Shown piece after piece: positions 29,281 through 33,541 of a DNA stretch of 33,541 nucleotides. The notes under the pieces are model-generated. The model did no database searches. It saw only the letters and a list, made by a program, of their open reading frames with translations, and was not told the DNA's origin. Position numbers and translations under genes: made by a program. The stretch's first letter is position 1, and every line of letters starts with the position of its first letter. The DNA lies in the IMG/VR virus record IMGVR_UViG_2627853869_000007; one strand, given 5' to 3'. Source of the stretch: a virus (Duplodnaviria; Heunggongvirae; Uroviricota; Caudoviricetes).

Positions 29281-30377
29281 ATTTCAGCTCTGAACTGCTT
29301 AACAAAGGCAACAAAACTCCGGCATTCAGCATCAGTATTGAAGGCAGGGATATCACCACTGTGCTGGACAACCGCCTGATGGGGCTGACGCTGACGGATA
29401 ACCGGGGCTTTGAAGCGGACCAGCTTGATCTGGAGCTGGACGACGCCGATGGAAAAATCGTGCTGCCGCGCCGTGGGGCTGTCATTACGCTGGCGCTGGG
29501 CTGGAAGGGACAGCCGCTTTTCCCGAAAGGGGCATTCACGGTGGACGAGATTGAACACACTGGCGCACCGGATCGCCTGACTATCCGGGCGCGAAGTGCT
29601 GATTTTCGTGAAACGCTGAATACCCGCCGTGAAAAGTCGTGGCACAAGACCACCGTTGGGGAAGTGGTGAAGGAAATAGCTGCGCGGCACAAACTGAAGA
29701 TGGCATTGGGTGAAGACTTGTCGGATAAACTCGTGGAGCATATAGACCAGACTAATGAGAGTGACGGCAGTTTTTTGATGCGGCTGGCGCGCCAGTACGG
29801 TGCTATTGCGTCGGTGAAAAATGGCAATCTGTTATTCATCCGGCAGGGGCAGGGTAAAAGCGCCAGCGGTAAACCACTACCGGTGATCACTATCACACGC
29901 AAGGACGGCAACAGTCACCGCTTTACCCTGGCAGATCGCGGAGCTTACACGGGCGTCATTGCCAGCTGGTTGCATACCCGCGAACCCGCGAAGAAAGAAA
30001 GCACCACGGTGAAGCGTAAGCGCAGGACTAAGAAGCAGAAGAAAGAGCCGGAAGCGAAGCAGGGCGATTACCTGGTGGGTACGGATGAAAACGTGCTGGT
30101 ACTTAATCGCACTTATGCCAACCGGAGCAACGCCGAACGGGCAGCGAAAATGCAGTGGGAACGCCTGCAACGCGGCGTTGCATCATTCTCGCTACAACTG
30201 GCGGAAGGGCGGGCAGATCTCTACACAGAAATGCCTGTGAAGGTCAGTGGCTTTAAACAGCCGCTAGATGATGCGGAATGGACCATTACGACTCTGACGC
30301 ATACTGTCAGCCCGGATAACGGTTTTACGACCAGTCTGGAGCTTGAAGTGAGGATTGATGATTTCGAAATGGAATGA
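29277..30377 (+). CDS. D: tail protein / late-control protein GpD
   Basis: 366-aa ORF at the P2 D position immediately before ogr. Confidence 0.8.
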   Translation: MNFSSELLNKGNKTPAFSISIEGRDITTVLDNRLMGLTLTDNRGFEADQLDLELDDADGKIVLPRRGAVITLALGWKGQPLFPKGAFTVDEIEHTGAPDRLTIRARSADFRETLNTRREKSWHKTTVGEVVKEIAARHKLKMALGEDLSDKLVEHIDQTNESDGSFLMRLARQYGAIASVKNGNLLFIRQGQGKSASGKPLPVITITRKDGNSHRFTLADRGAYTGVIASWLHTREPAKKESTTVKRKRRTKKQKKEPEAKQGDYLVGTDENVLVLNRTYANRSNAERAAKMQWERLQRGVASFSLQLAEGRADLYTEMPVKVSGFKQPLDDAEWTITTLTHTVSPDNGFTTSLELEVRIDDFEME

Positions 30378-30467
30378 TTCTTCGCAATGGAGAACTTTTA
30401 AGTTTGCAAAGTGGAATAATGCGGTATCATTATTGTGAATTTAGCAAAAATGGGGAGAGCTCGAAAA

Positions 30468-30686
30468 ATGATGATTTGCCCACTGTGTGGAAGTGCCGCC
30501 CATACTCGCAGCAGTTTTCAGGTATCTTCATTGACCAAAGAGCGTTACAACCAGTGCCAGAACATTAACTGCAGCCATACTTTTGTTACCCATGAAACTT
30601 TTGTTCGTTCGATTGCAACGCCAAAAGAGTCAAATCCGGTTCAGCCGCATCCAATGAAATCAGGACAGGTGGCGCTCTCTCTTTGA
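30468..30686 (+). CDS. ogr: Ogr-type zinc-finger late transcription activator
   Basis: MMICPLCGSAAHTRSS...YNQCQNINCSHTFVTHE... with the Cys-x2-Cys...Cys-x4-Cys Ogr/Delta pattern. Confidence 0.8.
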   Translation: MMICPLCGSAAHTRSSFQVSSLTKERYNQCQNINCSHTFVTHETFVRSIATPKESNPVQPHPMKSGQVALSL

Positions 30687-30760
30687 CGCTGCCGCCATTT
30701 TGTCGCCATCGTTAAAAAACAGTGCTTCTAACATCATGATTTTAAAAGGCATAAATTTCA

Positions 30761-30809
30761 GACAACAAAAAACCCATCAACCTTGAACCGAAATGGCGGG
30801 GTTGATGGG
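30761..30809 (-). terminator. rho-independent terminator (minus strand) in the prophage-host junction region
   Basis: On the minus strand, 10-bp stem CCCATCAACC/GGTTGATGGG followed by TTTTTTGTTGTC. Confidence 0.45.
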
Positions 30810-30921
30810 CTCCACAAAATGGGGACATCAAAGAAAAGCAGTGGCACTAATTAAGACTGATGCCCTGCGGAAAAGTTCTGCGGTTGTGCAAAAAAATTTC
30901 ATTTTCAGGGCAACTTCAGTT

Positions 30922-32607
30922 TTATCCTAATCCTGGCCATACCATGACGATGATTGTCCCTGCCAGCGTCAGCAGGACGTTGGCGATTGCGTAGGTGCCC
31001 GCATAGCCCAGCGCAGGGATGTTACTGTGAGCTGTATCACTGATGATCTCCATTGCCGGCGCGCAGGTGCGTGCGCCCATCATTGCGCCGAACAACAGTG
31101 CGCGGTTCATTCGCAATACATAAGCACCGAACAAGAAACAGATAACCACGGGCACAAGACTGACAATTAATCCGGCAATCAACATCTGACCGCCAATCGC
31201 GCCCAGGCCGTTATTAATACCGCTACCGGCGCTCAGACCAACGCCTGCCATAAACACCATCAAGCCGAACTCTTTCACCATGCTTAATGCACCTTGCGGA
31301 ATGTAACCGAAGGTCGGGTGGTTAGCACGCATAAAGCCCAGCATAATTCCGGCGAATAACAACCCGGCAGCGTTCCCCATGCCGAAACTGAATGTGCTGA
31401 ACTGGAAGGTGATCATCCCGATCATCAGCCCAATAACAAAGAAGGCGCAAAATGCCAGCAGGTCAGTGACCTGGCTGTGAATCGAGATAAAGCCGATGCG
31501 ATCGGCGATGGTTTTTACGCGACGGGCATCACCGCTGACTTGTAAAACGTCACCTTTGTTAAGCACGACGTTGTCATCTATCGGCATCTCAATCTGGCTA
31601 CGAATGACGCGGTTAAGGAAGCAACCGTGATCGGTCAACTTCAGTTGTGCGAGACGTTTACCTACAGCGTTATGGTTTTTAACGACCACTTCTTCAGTGA
31701 CGATACGCATGTCGAGAAGGTCACGATCGAAAACTTCTTTACCGTTACGGAAGCTGGGATCGAGTCGGGCATGGGCGTCGGGATAGCCTACCAACGCTAT
31801 TTCATCGCCCATTTGTAGCACGGCATCACCGTCTGGATTTGCCAGAATCCCGTTACGTCGAATACGTTCAATGTAGCAGCCGGTTTGTCGATAAATACCC
31901 AGTTCACGCAGATTTTTGCCGTCGGTCCAGGCCACCAGCTCCGGGCCGACGCGATAGGCGCGGATCACCGGTAAATAAACCTTACGGTTGGCATCAGTGT
32001 CCAGGCCACGTTCGCGGGCGATTTGCTGGGCGCTGGTCTGTAAGTCCTGATGCTGCAATTTCGGCAAGTAACGCGCACCAACAATCAAACTCACCAGACC
32101 GATTAAATAGGTTAAGGCATACCCGAGGCTCAGATTATCCAGTGCCAGTGAGAGCTGCCTGCTTTCCATGCCGGAATGACGCAGTGTATCGCCAGCACCG
32201 ACCAGAACCGGTGTCGACGTCATAGAGCCTGCTAACATACCGGCCGTCAGGCCAATATCCCAGCCAAACAGCTTACCTAACCCTAAGGCGATCACCAGCG
32301 CACTGCCAACCATCACCAGTGCTAACATTAGGTAATTTTTCCCATCGCGAAAAAAAATGGAAAAAAAGTTCGGTCCGGCTTCGACCCCGACGCAGAAAAT
32401 AAACAGCATAAAGCCAAGATTAAGCGCATCGGTGTTAATGCTGAAATGTTGTTGGCCTAATAACAGCGATACGACTAAAACGCCAATGGAATTACCCAGT
32501 TGGATCGAACCAAGTCGTAACTTTCCGAGACATAGCCCAAGCGCGAGGACCACAAATAATAACAGAATGTAATTCCCATTTAACAATTCGGCGACGTTTA
32601 TATTCAC
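30922..32607 (-). CDS. ybjL: YbjL putative transporter (host)
   Basis: 561-aa [58 protein letters not shown]..., the E. coli YbjL sequence. Confidence 0.9.
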   Translation of the reverse strand: MNINVAELLNGNYILLLFVVLALGLCLGKLRLGSIQLGNSIGVLVVSLLLGQQHFSINTDALNLGFMLFIFCVGVEAGPNFFSIFFRDGKNYLMLALVMVGSALVIALGLGKLFGWDIGLTAGMLAGSMTSTPVLVGAGDTLRHSGMESRQLSLALDNLSLGYALTYLIGLVSLIVGARYLPKLQHQDLQTSAQQIARERGLDTDANRKVYLPVIRAYRVGPELVAWTDGKNLRELGIYRQTGCYIERIRRNGILANPDGDAVLQMGDEIALVGYPDAHARLDPSFRNGKEVFDRDLLDMRIVTEEVVVKNHNAVGKRLAQLKLTDHGCFLNRVIRSQIEMPIDDNVVLNKGDVLQVSGDARRVKTIADRIGFISIHSQVTDLLAFCAFFVIGLMIGMITFQFSTFSFGMGNAAGLLFAGIMLGFMRANHPTFGYIPQGALSMVKEFGLMVFMAGVGLSAGSGINNGLGAIGGQMLIAGLIVSLVPVVICFLFGAYVLRMNRALLFGAMMGARTCAPAMEIISDTAHSNIPALGYAGTYAIANVLLTLAGTIIVMVWPGLG

Positions 32608-32876
32608 GGAGGCTAACTTCTTGTTTACTAGTAAGCTGTTGAAAGAAATGGTAATTTACGATAATGTTTTTTACCAGAATTCAGGGCGCAGATTCATTCA
32701 GCGCACCTAAACGATAGTAAAGTAACAATATATTTTACTAGTGTAATCACATTAGGTATCAACGGCTATATGAATTGCGTTGGCCTATATTAGCATGGAA
32801 TGCGAAGCGGCTTTATCTTACTGAACGCCACACTGGCGAAAAATGTGTTCGATAGACGCAGTGTCAGGAGGAACGA

Positions 32877-33254
32877 GTGAAACATAAACAACGTTGGGCG
32901 GGGGCAATCTGCTGTTTTGTCCTCTTCATTGTGGTGTGCCTTTTTCTGGCGACGCACATGAAAGGCGCTTTTCGGGCTGCCGGGCATCCTGAAATCGGCT
33001 TGCTGTTTTTCATTCTTCCTGGAGCAGTTGCCAGTTTCTTTTCACAGCGTAGAGAAGTCCTGAAACCTCTATTTGGCGCAATGCTGGCGGCACCCTGTTC
33101 AATGCTCATTATGCGGCTGTTTTTTTCACCGACGCGCTCATTCTGGCAAGAGCTGGCATGGTTACTAAGCGCGGTGTTCTGGTGTGCGCTGGGGGCACTG
33201 TGTTTCTTATTTATCAGTAGTTTGTTTAAACCACAGCACAGAAAAAATCAGTAA
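32877..33254 (+). CDS. ybjM: YbjM inner membrane protein (host)
   Basis: 125-aa hydrophobic ORF between ybjL and grxA as in the E. coli chromosome. Confidence 0.8.
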   Translation: MKHKQRWAGAICCFVLFIVVCLFLATHMKGAFRAAGHPEIGLLFFILPGAVASFFSQRREVLKPLFGAMLAAPCSMLIMRLFFSPTRSFWQELAWLLSAVFWCALGALCFLFISSLFKPQHRKNQ

Positions 33255-33273
33255 AGCCCTCAACGCGAGGGCT
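33255..33273. terminator. intergenic hairpin between convergent ybjM and grxA (likely terminator)
   Basis: AGCCCTC-AACGC-GAGGGCT hairpin; T-rich tract on the minus-strand side. Confidence 0.4.
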
Positions 33274-33283
33274 TGTCAGACGA

Positions 33284-33541
33284 TCAGGCGTCCAGATTTT
33301 CTTTCACCCATGCAGCAAAATCGGTATAGCCGCCGATATGTTGCTGATCGACAAAAATCTGCGGCACGGTTTCTACGGGTTTACCTGCCTTTTGTTGTAG
33401 ATCTTCTTTAGTGATCCCTTCCGCACGAATATCTACATACTGATACTGAAAATCATCGCGTTCATTGCTCAATTTCTCAGCCAGATCTTTTGCACGCACA
33501 CAGTAAGGGCAACCCGAACGACCAAAAATAACGGTTTGCAT
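33284..33541 (-). CDS. grxA: glutaredoxin 1 (host)
   Basis: 85-aa ORF MQTVIFGRSGCPYCVRAKDLAEKL... with CPYC active site; start codon is the last 3 nt of the window. Confidence 0.9.
   Translation of the reverse strand: MQTVIFGRSGCPYCVRAKDLAEKLSNERDDFQYQYVDIRAEGITKEDLQQKAGKPVETVPQIFVDQQHIGGYTDFAAWVKENLDA

Noticed and set aside
30687-30921. tRNA gene as the integration target at the right junction
   Set aside because: No cloverleaf-compatible sequence with acceptor stem and conserved T-loop (GTTC) could be found by eye; only a terminator-like hairpin.

Overview
This window is a degraded P2/186-family (myovirus-type) prophage in an Escherichia/Shigella-like chromosome, ending next to the host genes ybjL-ybjM-grxA. 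Left to right: a 3' remnant of the phage integrase; a pile-up of three insertion sequences (IS911 fragment, IS629-like, IS1); a 186-type immunity region (CI repressor, Apl-like, truncated CII); a complete IS911 abutting a 5'-truncated dam methylase; replication gene A; a LexA-box-preceded small ORF plus DinI-like gene; a terminator and a cos-like sequence; an AT-rich two-gene cargo (ABC-type ATPase with an unassigned 215-aa N-terminal domain, overlapping an HNH nuclease); portal Q (one in-frame amber codon) and terminase P; head genes O N M L X; a pinholin/SAR-endolysin/spanin lysis cassette; R and S; a second IS1 replacing the V-W-J-I-H tail/baseplate module; the remnant of an invertible tail-fibre segment with an intact serine invertase; tail genes FI, FII, E/E' (frameshift), T, U, D and ogr. 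The most interesting feature is the ATPase+HNH cassette: it sits where P2-like phages carry anti-phage defence cargo, resembles Septu in gene architecture but with an atypical ATPase layout, and is a candidate new or divergent defence system. All identifications come from reading the ORF translations and motifs by eye; no database search or computation was run.
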